Source: Thermoplasmatota archaeon (GTDB taxonomy: Archaea > Thermoplasmatota > Thermoplasmata > UBA10834). From it: DNA of 64,000 bases. The position numbers were made by a program, and so were the translations under genes. Position 1 is the first letter of the stretch. Each line of letters begins with the position of its first letter. Below, one piece after another: positions 48,171 through 56,755 of the stretch. The DNA lies in the NCBI GenBank assembly GCA_040751795.1, contig JBFMHR010000001.1, forward strand, positions 337,357-401,356, in the 5' to 3' direction. The notes beneath the pieces are model-generated. The model made no database searches and had not been told where the DNA came from. It saw only the letters and a program-made list of their open reading frames with translations.

Positions 48171-50276
48171 TCAGCCCGCCTTGTCATCGCCCTTGCCCCT
48201 GAGCCGCATGTACATGAGGGCCATCACGGCCGCCACGGCCAGCGTCCCCACGAGGCCCGCGATGAGCAGGACATTCATCGTGTCGGAGGCGTCGAGGTCG
48301 TCCTCTGCCGCCGCGAGCTGCTCCTCGACCTCGGCGAGCTCCTGCTCGGCCCCGGCCAGGTCAGCCTCGGCCGAGGTCATGTTAGCCACGGCCGCGGCGA
48401 GGTCGAACTGCAGCGAGAGGATGTCCGCCTCCGAGTCGTCGAGCTGCGCCTCGACTTCGGCCAGGTCCGCGAGGGCGTCGGCGAGCTCGTCCTCCGCCGC
48501 CAGCAGGGCCGCCTCGGCAGCCGCCAGCTGGGCCTCGAGGGACGCGACGTCGTCCTCCGCCGCGTCCAGCTGCGCCTGCAGGTCGGCCAGGTCGGCCAGC
48601 GCCGCGTCCAGGTCCGCCTGGAGCGCATCGATCTGCGCCAGGGCGTCGGCGAGCTCCGCCTCGACCGCCGCCAGGGGGTCGACGTAGGTTACGGTGACGG
48701 AGGCGTTCGCGGAGTTGCTCCAGAGGTCGACCGCCGTCGCGGTGACGGTGTTCTCCCCCTCCTCCAGGAGGACAACGCACGAGAAGGAGCCGTCGGCCTC
48801 GACCACCGCAGACATCCCGTTGACCGTGAGGGACGCGCCCGGCTCGGCCGTGCCCGAGACCGTGATCGCCGGGACATCGACAGTCGTCCCGTCGGCCGGG
48901 CTCGATATGGACACATGGGGCGGGGTCGTGTCAGGGACGGTGTACATGTTCGCCCAGACGTTGTACCTGAGGCCGTCGAACTGCAGCCACGCAGCGAAGA
49001 CGTTCCCGGACCCGTCGAGCGCCGCGTCCACGCCGACCGACGACTGGTTGCCGGTGGTGGAGGCCAGTTCCATGGGCATCCAGCCCTCGCCCGCCAGGTA
49101 CCGGCCCGAGCAGATGTTCCTGCGCTCGCCGTCCCACTGCTCCCACAGGGCGGTGCCGTTGCCCGTCCCGTCGAAGACGACCCTGGGGAGCGTCGCGAAG
49201 TCGTCGCTGTCCTCGACCGTCCCCGCGGTCCCCCAGCCCTCTCCGTGGACGTACAGGTTCGACCATATGCTTGCGATGCCGGCGTCGGCCTGCTGCCATA
49301 CGGCCAGGGCGTTCCCCGCGCCGTCGCAGGCCACGCGGACGCCGCTGGCGTCATAGGAGTCGTCGTCCTCGAGGATCTCGGCCTCCCCCCAGCCCTCGCC
49401 GACGGTGTACCGGTTGGACCAGATGCTGTAGAGGCCGTCTCCGAGGTCGTACTGGTACCAGACGGCGGTCGCGTCGCCCGAGGGACCGACGGCCACCTTG
49501 GGCTCCGACACGTCGCCGGTGGCGTTGCCGCCGATAGTCACGGCGGTGCCCCAGCCCTCCCCCGGGACGTACCTGTTGGCGGAGACGTTGACGGCGGAGA
49601 CGCCGACCTGGCACCACACCGCGACGACGCAGCCCGCGCCGTCCACGGCGACGTCCAGGGAGTACGCGCTCTCGACGTACTGCTCGGCCTCCTCCTCGAC
49701 CCCCCACCCGTCGCCGGCCACGTACCTGTTGGACCAGATGTGGCCGTAGCCGTCCTTGAACTGGGACCATACGGCGGTGGCGTTGCCCGACCCGTCGACC
49801 ACCACCTGCGCGAGGCCCGCCTCGTCCGCCTGGCCCTCTATGAGCTCGGCGGCCCCCCAGCCCTCGCCGGGGACGTAGCGGCTCGCCCACACGCTGCTGA
49901 CCGATGAGGTGTACCTCTGCCAGACGGCGATGGCGTTGCCGGACGCGTCGAATGCCACCCTGGGGTTGTAGCAGTTGTCGGTCCCGACGGAGTCGATCGA
50001 CGCGGCCCCGGTCCAGCCCGCGCCGGCGACGTACCTGTTGGCGAACACGTTGTTCCTGTACCCGTCGTGCTGGTCCCAGACGGCGAACGCGTTCCCCGAG
50101 GCGTCAGCCGCTATGAACGGGTAATCGGCCTCCGCCGAGTCCAGGGACTCGATCATGACGGAGTCGCCCCAGCCCGGGACCGGGGCGGCGGCCTGGGCCT
50201 CCTGGGGGACGCTGCCCACGGACAACAGACATGCGAACACTGACACACAGTACAGGGCTGTAAGGGACCTCCTCAT
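48171..50276 (-). CDS. large surface protein: signal peptide, eight ~45-aa tandem repeats, Ig-like region, long Ala/Asp/Leu coiled coil, C-terminal TM anchor
   Basis: Repeats of (D[AG]SGNAxAVWxQ...IWSNRYVxGEGWG). Start MRRSLTALY is at 50276. Confidence 0.65.
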   Translation of the reverse strand: MRRSLTALYCVSVFACLLSVGSVPQEAQAAAPVPGWGDSVMIESLDSAEADYPFIAADASGNAFAVWDQHDGYRNNVFANRYVAGAGWTGAASIDSVGTDNCYNPRVAFDASGNAIAVWQRYTSSVSSVWASRYVPGEGWGAAELIEGQADEAGLAQVVVDGSGNATAVWSQFKDGYGHIWSNRYVAGDGWGVEEEAEQYVESAYSLDVAVDGAGCVVAVWCQVGVSAVNVSANRYVPGEGWGTAVTIGGNATGDVSEPKVAVGPSGDATAVWYQYDLGDGLYSIWSNRYTVGEGWGEAEILEDDDSYDASGVRVACDGAGNALAVWQQADAGIASIWSNLYVHGEGWGTAGTVEDSDDFATLPRVVFDGTGNGTALWEQWDGERRNICSGRYLAGEGWMPMELASTTGNQSSVGVDAALDGSGNVFAAWLQFDGLRYNVWANMYTVPDTTPPHVSISSPADGTTVDVPAITVSGTAEPGASLTVNGMSAVVEADGSFSCVVLLEEGENTVTATAVDLWSNSANASVTVTYVDPLAAVEAELADALAQIDALQADLDAALADLADLQAQLDAAEDDVASLEAQLAAAEAALLAAEDELADALADLAEVEAQLDDSEADILSLQFDLAAAVANMTSAEADLAGAEQELAEVEEQLAAAEDDLDASDTMNVLLIAGLVGTLAVAAVMALMYMRLRGKGDDKAG

Positions 50277-50590
50277 CAGAACCACTCCGGGCACGGTCGG
50301 CGGGCCAACGGGACCCGATGACAATCTGGCCTGATGAACCTTTTCGCCTCGGTCCGCGTCGCGCGGGAGGGAGGGGGAGCATGGGGGACCCCGCATCCAG
50401 GCCCTCTGGGCGCACCCTGGCCAGGAGCCAGCTATGCTGGCTCCCGCGCATGCGGCCCCGACGCGCGCTGAGCCAGATACCGCTCCCCGGAGAGCCAGCA
50501 TTAGCAAACGCTTATATATCGTAAATCATGATACATATCTGGGTCATGCCTGGACGGTGTGGCCAGAAGGACACACGGAGGGATGAACGA

Positions 50591-50824
50591 ATGGTAATGG
50601 AGCCCATAAGCGTAGAGAAGGCCATGGAGATTGCCAAGAAGAAGGGAATCAAGCCCGGCCGCGTAAAGGGCACGAAGGGTGTGCAGTTCACCAAGGGAAG
50701 GAACCCGAGACTCGAGACCATCGACTGGGAGGAGTTCAAGGGGACCCTCGCCAAGAGGAAGCTGTCGGTCTTCGAGAGCGGCGGCTGGATGAAGATAATG
50801 AAGGCCAAGAAGGGCAAGAAGTAG
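50591..50824 (+). CDS. small basic protein (~77 aa), paralog of 56464-56712
   Basis: AKKKGIKPGRVKGTKGVQF...IDWEEF...GGWMKIMKAKKG. AT-rich upstream region. Confidence 0.5.
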   Translation: MVMEPISVEKAMEIAKKKGIKPGRVKGTKGVQFTKGRNPRLETIDWEEFKGTLAKRKLSVFESGGWMKIMKAKKGKK

Positions 50825-50939
50825 GACAACCTGCTCCAGGCCGATCTTCCCAAACCCCTTCGCAAACTCCACTTTTGATTCTAAACGGATGGGCGGGCCA
50901 CGTCCGAAGGCGGACGGGCCGCGCGGATGATCAGGTCCC

Positions 50940-52268
50940 TCAAGGTTTGAGGCGGAAGCCGCAGCCCCTGCAGAACAGGTAGTCGCCAGAGACGGCGCTG
51001 CCGCACTTGGGGCAGTTCGCGGACTGCCAGCCCTCCGGGGGAGGGGGGAGGTCCTCGGCCTGCGCCGGGGCAGCGGGGGCCTGCCACGCGGGCGCCTGCG
51101 GCACGGAGGGGGCCTGGGCGGTCATGAGGTTCTGCGGGAACCCGGGCGCGCCCCTGAGCTCCATCGGCTTCCTAAGCGGCGTCCCGTTCACCGCCAGGAC
51201 GCGCTTGGCCTCGGGGACCAGCGTCACGGTCGCGGGGACGCCCTCTGCCACGAGGCCCTTCGCCTCGCCGGCCCTGTTGAAGTGGAACGCGCCGAAGTCC
51301 CAGGCGCCGGACCTGAGGGACGGGACGTGGCGCCACTCGACCGCGGCGCCCCTGTCGAGGGCGCGCGCGAGCGAGGACGATAAGCTCCTCGCCTGGAAGG
51401 CTACCCCGAGGCTCATGGCCCCGAAGAAGAGGGGCATGATCAGCGCCACGGGCTCCTCCACGAAGTTGATCATGACCGCCATGGCCATGGACATGACGGC
51501 GAGGCCGACGGCGTTAACCTTCGGTGACCGGGTGATGCCCTTGAGGGCCTCGCGCTCGGCGGCGCTCAGGGGCCTCTCGTTGGGGTAGTGCAGCCCGACC
51601 CCGCCGACAGGGGTGCCCACGCCCGGGCCCGGGGGCTGCGGGTACGGGCCCGTGGTCCACTGCTGGGACGGCACGGGCTGCTGGGCGTAGGGGGCGCTCG
51701 TGGTGCCCGTCTGGAACCCCTTCGGCACCTTCGGGGGCGAGACGGCAACGACTATCGCGACGATGGCGAGGGTGATGCCTATGGCAGATACGATCGGGTT
51801 GATGCCCCCGACGGCGAAGAGGCCGCCCCTCTGGAGGTCGAAGTAGCCGTTGATCGTGACGCCGACGTTGAGGTACGAGCCGCTGCCGTACATGAGGTCG
51901 CCGTCGACGGTGAGGGCGTAGGTGGCCTGGCAGTAGCTGACGCCGTCCCAGCCCCACTGGAGCGTCATCATGAAGGTGGAGCCGTCGAAGGCCCCCCAGA
52001 CGGCGTAGCTCTGGGAGCCGACCGTCAGGGTGCCGGAGACGTCGGTGCCCGAGGAGGAGACGTCGAGGTCCGCGTCGAATGAGTCGGTGATCGTGCCCCC
52101 GTACGGGCCGAGGTAGGTCTGGGTGTAGCCCTCGCCGGAGATCCTGGAGGTCCAGCTGCCGTCGACCGATGCGGCGGAGGCGTTCTCGCTAGCTGCCGAT
52201 ATCGTGAATGCCGTGGTCCCTGTCACCAGGAGTGAGAGGACCAGGGCCCGTGCCCATGTTGCCTTCAT
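50940..52268 (-). CDS. membrane protein with exported N-terminal domain, Pro/Gln-rich linker and C-terminal zinc ribbon
   Basis: Signal peptide, TM helices, and CPKCGSAVSGDYLFCRGCG at the C-terminus. Confidence 0.55.
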   Translation of the reverse strand: MKATWARALVLSLLVTGTTAFTISAASENASAASVDGSWTSRISGEGYTQTYLGPYGGTITDSFDADLDVSSSGTDVSGTLTVGSQSYAVWGAFDGSTFMMTLQWGWDGVSYCQATYALTVDGDLMYGSGSYLNVGVTINGYFDLQRGGLFAVGGINPIVSAIGITLAIVAIVVAVSPPKVPKGFQTGTTSAPYAQQPVPSQQWTTGPYPQPPGPGVGTPVGGVGLHYPNERPLSAAEREALKGITRSPKVNAVGLAVMSMAMAVMINFVEEPVALIMPLFFGAMSLGVAFQARSLSSSLARALDRGAAVEWRHVPSLRSGAWDFGAFHFNRAGEAKGLVAEGVPATVTLVPEAKRVLAVNGTPLRKPMELRGAPGFPQNLMTAQAPSVPQAPAWQAPAAPAQAEDLPPPPEGWQSANCPKCGSAVSGDYLFCRGCGFRLKP

Positions 52269-52412
52269 CTCTTCACCTTGCCCTTGCCAACGCCCCGGGG
52301 GAGGGGCGCCGCCAGTGCGTTCAGGCGCTGTGTGAGTAGTGAGACATGGGCAGGCCCTATTTAGTCCTCGTAACGTACAATGACACGCGGCGCTCCCGGA
52401 CGCAGCGTGGCC

Positions 52413-53072
52413 CTAGACCCGCTCGCCCCTATGGTACCCGCACCGCGGGCACATGAGGGAGCCGCGGGGCCATATCATGCCGCACCTGGGACAGGCCACG
52501 CCGAAGCCGCAGCCCTCGCAGAAGCACGTCCCCCGGGCCATCGTCCTGCCGCAGTTGGGGCACTTCTCCGCCGCGGGCGCCCTCGGCTGCGGATCACCCT
52601 CGACGTAGCCCCTCCCTCCGCAGCCGGGGCACACCATGGAGCCCGAGGGGCCGGGGAGGACGCCGAGGCCGCGGCAGGCGGGGCACTTCTCGGTGCCCAG
52701 GCACCTGGGGCACTTGCCGGTGCCCCCGCAGAAGGGGCAGGCGCTCAAGGAGCCCCCTTTGCCCTTCCCCTTGCAGGCGTAGCAGTAGCCGTTGACGCAG
52801 TAGGAGACGGAGCCGTAGGCGAGGATGGATGTGAAGTCGTTGTGGCCGTGTGCGTTTGAGGAGACGCTCCATGTGCACTTTCCCGAGCCGCCGCAGGCTT
52901 TGCAGACGTCGATCCTCCCGAAGCCGTCGCAGACCTTGCACTCGGTCCTGCCGCGGCCTATTATGACCTGGGTGCCGCAGTACATGCAGTGGGCCTTGTC
53001 GAGGTCGGCGGGGAACCTGAGGCTGGAGCCGCACTTGGGGCAGACGGCTGCTATGAGCTCGACCTCGGCCAT
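52413..53072 (-). CDS. cysteine-rich protein with zinc ribbons and DnaJ-type CxxCxGxG repeats
   Basis: Start MAEVELIAAVCPKCG. About 13 CxxC pairs, several as CxxCxGxGK (CKVCDGFG, CKACGGSG, CPFCGGTG, CPGCGGRG). Confidence 0.55.
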   Translation of the reverse strand: MAEVELIAAVCPKCGSSLRFPADLDKAHCMYCGTQVIIGRGRTECKVCDGFGRIDVCKACGGSGKCTWSVSSNAHGHNDFTSILAYGSVSYCVNGYCYACKGKGKGGSLSACPFCGGTGKCPRCLGTEKCPACRGLGVLPGPSGSMVCPGCGGRGYVEGDPQPRAPAAEKCPNCGRTMARGTCFCEGCGFGVACPRCGMIWPRGSLMCPRCGYHRGERV

Positions 53073-53225
53073 CCCCTTCACCCTCAGTTGGGGCGGGATT
53101 GGCGGGACGGTATTATATGGTTTCACGGGGGAGTCCACCCTGCCCTGACGGGAGGGGTGAGGAGAAGGAGGCCGGACGGAAGGGTTATTTATACGGCGAC
53201 AATCATGGGCCCTCGCAACCATCGG

Positions 53226-53310
53226 GCAGGGATAGCCAAGCCTGGCCAACGGCGATAGATTCAGGGTCTATTCGCGAAGGCGTCCGCCGGTTCAAATCCG
53301 GCTCCCTGCA
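53226..53310 (+). tRNA. tRNA-Leu(CAG): tRNA-Leu (anticodon CAG), class II with long variable arm, CCA not encoded
   Basis: Hand-folded: acceptor GCAGGGA/TCCCTGC, D arm GCC-AAGCCTGGCCAAC-GGC, anticodon stem ATAGA/TCTAT with loop TTCAGGG, variable stem CGC-GAAG-GCG, T arm GCCGG-TTCAAAT-CCGGC. Confidence 0.9.
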
Positions 53311-53370
53311 CATCGCGACATCTGGCTATTTTCAAATCAGAGGGTTTTTGTCTGCTGGCACCCCCCCTGG

Positions 53371-54570
53371 CTACGGCTTTTCCGCGAACGCTTCCTCGAG
53401 CTCCCGGAAGGCGTCTTCGGACCGTATCCGCGCGTAGTAGAGTTCGGTCGTTCTCGTCGTTCTGTGCCTCAGCGCCTTGGACACAGACTCGATCGACGCG
53501 CCCCGGTCCTTGCACATCTGCCCGAAGGTCGCTCGCAGATATTGCACCCGGAAGGGTATCCCCGCGTGCTTCTGCGCATCATCCTTCATGCTGCCCCACA
53601 TGCCGTCGGTCCAATAATCTACTCGGCCGTCCCTGTAGATCCGGGGCACAAGGGGCTCACATTCGCCCACGCCGTTCTCAGTCAGGTACTTCGTCCTCGC
53701 CTTGAGGAAGTCGAGCACCGTCTGTCGGGCGGGCTGCAGGATCGGCGCTGTGCCTGCGGAGGCATAGCGCGTCTCTCCCTTCGGGTGGCTCACGAGGACT
53801 CTCCACTTGGAGATGTCTATGTCCTGCAGTCGGGCCTTGCGCAGCTCAGACCGTCTGAGCCCTGTGTACGCGTACATCGCGACGGCGAAGCGGGCCACCT
53901 CGCCGTCCCAGCCGGGCATGTTCGCCAACTTGGCCCGTAGTTCCTCCACAGTGGTCTGCTCCAGGGTCCTGATCTCCGGGGAGACCTTCTGAGGGAACCG
54001 GACGTAGTGTAGCGCTCGCATCCGGTTCATGACCGGGTTCTCGCATATCAACAGCATCTCGGCCAGGAATGCAAGGTAGTTCGCCTGCGTTGCTGGCCTC
54101 AAGCCGATTCCGGTCTTGGTCTTGCGGTCCTTCATCCACTGGAGGAATGCTTCGATGTCGGCCTGAGTCATCTTCCTCGGGTTGATGGTCGACACCTTGC
54201 CCTTCTTCCTGAGCGCCTTGAACGCGTCTCCGATGACCTTCAGGCCCCTCGTGATGGTCCTGTGGGTCGATGCCGCGTAATAGGGCCGTACGGCCTCTAG
54301 GAAGGCGTTGGCGCAGGGGTTGAACGGGTTGCGCCCACCCACAGACCTCGCCCTCCTCGGACGGCCTCTTCTCGTTCTGCGCGGGGGGTTTTGCTCCGAG
54401 CGGTTATTGGTTCGGCTGCTCTTGCTGTTGGCATCCGGCACCGCTCCGGAGGCGAGTTGTCTACCACCATGTGGTAGTATCCTCTCCTCAAGAACGGTAT
54501 TCCTCTCCGGAGCCGTTAATGCTTCGCCCCGGGCGACTCCCATGTGGGAGTCGGACACCTTCTCCTCCAT
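53371..54570 (-). CDS. tyrosine-type site-specific integrase
   Basis: C-terminal catalytic region with R...LRHRTTRTTELYYAR (HxxxR...Y) and an N-terminal SAM-like/core-binding domain. Confidence 0.85.
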   Translation of the reverse strand: MEEKVSDSHMGVARGEALTAPERNTVLEERILPHGGRQLASGAVPDANSKSSRTNNRSEQNPPRRTRRGRPRRARSVGGRNPFNPCANAFLEAVRPYYAASTHRTITRGLKVIGDAFKALRKKGKVSTINPRKMTQADIEAFLQWMKDRKTKTGIGLRPATQANYLAFLAEMLLICENPVMNRMRALHYVRFPQKVSPEIRTLEQTTVEELRAKLANMPGWDGEVARFAVAMYAYTGLRRSELRKARLQDIDISKWRVLVSHPKGETRYASAGTAPILQPARQTVLDFLKARTKYLTENGVGECEPLVPRIYRDGRVDYWTDGMWGSMKDDAQKHAGIPFRVQYLRATFGQMCKDRGASIESVSKALRHRTTRTTELYYARIRSEDAFRELEEAFAEKP

Positions 54571-54636
54571 CTCTCAACCCCCCCGCCGCAAAGTGGGGCC
54601 GACCTCGGTCGGCCCGGTTTTCTATGGTTTTGCGGC

Positions 54637-54816
54637 TTACTCTTCGTCCTCTTCCTCCCGATCGTCGCTCTCAGACTCGTCCGAGGAGTAGTACTCCTCG
54701 AGGTAGTCCAGCAGGATGTGCATCGCCAATTCCTGCGTCGTGAGCCCTTGCTCTTTGGCGATGGCGTTCAGCTGTCGAGCCGTCTCCCCTCTTGCCTCAA
54801 TCACCTGGGCATCCAC
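54637..54816 (-). CDS. small acidic-tailed protein (59 aa, possible RHH/excisionase-like regulator)
   Basis: GTG start. Reads MDAQVIEARGETARQLNAIAKEQGLTTQELAMHILLDYLEEYYSSDESESDDREEEDEE. Just upstream of the integrase on the same strand. Confidence 0.3.
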   Translation of the reverse strand: MDAQVIEARGETARQLNAIAKEQGLTTQELAMHILLDYLEEYYSSDESESDDREEEDEE

Positions 54817-54970
54817 TTCTTCACCTCCGCATCAGGTCGGCCGGGAGACCCCCCCCCCAGCCGCCTAATGTCTACCATTGTATACATTATACTGACTCAT
54901 AAATCTTTTCATGCCATGCATATAGGCCACAACATTGATATCCGGCTGTAGACATTCAACCACGATACCC

Positions 54971-55672
54971 ATGGCGAAGAAGAATCCCCCCGCGTCCACT
55001 GGCAGCCTTGAGAAGTCCAAGGAGTTGCTCGTCCTGGCATACTTCCTATTCACCGGCAACAAACCCGCATCTGCCGACAGGGTGGTCGAGTACTGGTCCC
55101 CTGAGGGAACCGGGGTGAAGGAGGAGGTGCTTCCCGAAGGCGTCGGACCAGACGAACGGAGTCTCTCGAGAGCAGGTGCGGCCAAGATCTGCAAGCGCCT
55201 AGTCAGTGAAGGACTTCTATTCAAGAGGGAGCGACTGGGATACAGGAACAAGATGGTCAACGAGTACTACCTCCCATCTGGTTCGGAATTCCTGATGGTC
55301 GGCGAGAGGATCATGAAGACCTACCCGATGCTGGCACTCAGAAGCGACTACGGGAAGGAATGGCTCCGAACCAGTGCCATTCCCAGACTGTGCAGAACCC
55401 TCAGAATCGACCTGAAACCCTGGCTAGGTGACATTGAATGGGTGGCGGGGAGATCACCGACTGTGTTCACCATGATGACTGACGATACGATTAAACATGG
55501 CTCCGCTGCACGCCTCGAATCCGAGAAAGAGAGGATCTCCGCATTTCTTGAATTCCTCATATGCGCGGTGAAGGTGGACATGATGTCGGGAGCAAAGGGG
55601 CTGCTGCTTGACGGAGAGACCTCGCGAGAAGTCACAGACCGGCTCAGAGATACAATCAAAGGATTCACCTGA
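54971..55672 (+). CDS. hypothetical protein (island cargo)
   Basis: 234 aa, no motif recognised. Lower GC. Confidence 0.45.
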   Translation: MAKKNPPASTGSLEKSKELLVLAYFLFTGNKPASADRVVEYWSPEGTGVKEEVLPEGVGPDERSLSRAGAAKICKRLVSEGLLFKRERLGYRNKMVNEYYLPSGSEFLMVGERIMKTYPMLALRSDYGKEWLRTSAIPRLCRTLRIDLKPWLGDIEWVAGRSPTVFTMMTDDTIKHGSAARLESEKERISAFLEFLICAVKVDMMSGAKGLLLDGETSREVTDRLRDTIKGFT

Positions 55673-55833
55673 TGTTGTTGACTGGGCGTGCCATCTGCTT
55701 CATCGAGACTGATACCGAGCAGGGCATGTTGATGAGACTCTCCTTGACGGAGACCCGCTTCCGAGGTGTATTCTTGGTGAGATGAGAATCATATTCTGAC
55801 GTAGCCGTTTGAGTCCGATTCGCTGATATCTTC

Positions 55834-56361
55834 ATGGTGACGCACGCGAATGCGCGAATTATGATTAACTGGAAATTCTACCCGTTGGCCGAGAGGATTC
55901 CTCCCCATCTCGTGAAGGTCATCGAGGTTCTCGAGGGCAAGTCGGATCACATCTCTTCATCCGATCATGAGCTGAACAGCAACGATGTACTCGCGACGTT
56001 GAGAGAAGATCTCGAACACCTGGGATACATAGTCGAGAGAGGATCCAAAGACAGGATCAGAATGCCCGTCCTATACGGAGAGAACGGAAAGGTGGAGAAA
56101 TCCTTCGACGTCGATGCCTACGATGAGTCGACCGGAACAGTCATCGAGGTAGAGGCCGGAAGGGGAGTGACGAATCATCAGTTCCTGAAGGATTTCTTCG
56201 AAGCATGTACGATGCATGATGTGGAGTACTGCACGATTGCCGTTCGGAACACCTACCTACGGCGCTCGGATTTCAAAGCTGTCGCCTCGTTCATGGATGC
56301 CCTGTACGCGAGCGGCAGAATCTCACTGCCGCTGAAGGGTCTACTCGTGATCGGATATTGA
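55834..56361 (+). CDS. hypothetical protein, possible PD-(D/E)xK-type nuclease
   Basis: FDVDAYDESTGTVIEVEAGRG...K resembles a D...ExE/K nuclease core. Weak. Confidence 0.4.
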   Translation: MVTHANARIMINWKFYPLAERIPPHLVKVIEVLEGKSDHISSSDHELNSNDVLATLREDLEHLGYIVERGSKDRIRMPVLYGENGKVEKSFDVDAYDESTGTVIEVEAGRGVTNHQFLKDFFEACTMHDVEYCTIAVRNTYLRRSDFKAVASFMDALYASGRISLPLKGLLVIGY

Positions 56362-56463
56362 ACATGTTCTAAGACAGGTCCACCGTCGTCGAGAATATCT
56401 GCTATTTTCACGCTGCCCGGGCAACCCTCATATAAGTGAATAGCCGATTCTCGAGATGGTGAA

Positions 56464-56712
56464 ATGATGACCGTGGGACGAGATCTTCGGATGTACTCAT
56501 CGGACGAAGTCAGGAAGTGGGCAAAGAAGAAGAAACTGAGCCCCGGAAAGGTAAGAGGCACAAAGGATGGAATCCAATTCGTTGCGATCGGTGGCAGCGA
56601 CAAGATCGAGGAAATTGAGTGGGAACTCTTCGATGCGGTGCTCAAGAAGAAGCGACTCGCTGTCTATGGCACGAGAGAGGGTTGGATGCGCATAATGAGG
56701 AGAAAGACCTAG
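56464..56712 (+). CDS. small basic protein (82 aa), island-borne paralog of 50591-50824
   Basis: AKKKKLSPGKVRGTKDGIQF...IEWELF...EGWMRIMRRKT. Confidence 0.5.
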   Translation: MMTVGRDLRMYSSDEVRKWAKKKKLSPGKVRGTKDGIQFVAIGGSDKIEEIEWELFDAVLKKKRLAVYGTREGWMRIMRRKT

Positions 56713-56755
56713 AATCGTGGACTGAAGAAGTCTAATATGCCCTCATTGCATTGGG

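Noticed and set aside
47649-49907. 752-aa plus-strand ORF
   Set aside because: Antisense to the repeat/coiled-coil surface protein, with low-complexity Arg/Gly composition. The same applies to 11212-12957, 9994-11037, 13986-15353, 22039-23145, 22667-23596, 23852-24844, 24975-26225, 26525-27497, 30731-32161, 38266-39240 and 39634-40608.
53226-53310. 85-nt tRNA considered as intron-containing
   Set aside because: The extra length is a canonical class II long variable arm (CGC-GAAG-GCG) of tRNA-Leu. The anticodon loop is intact.
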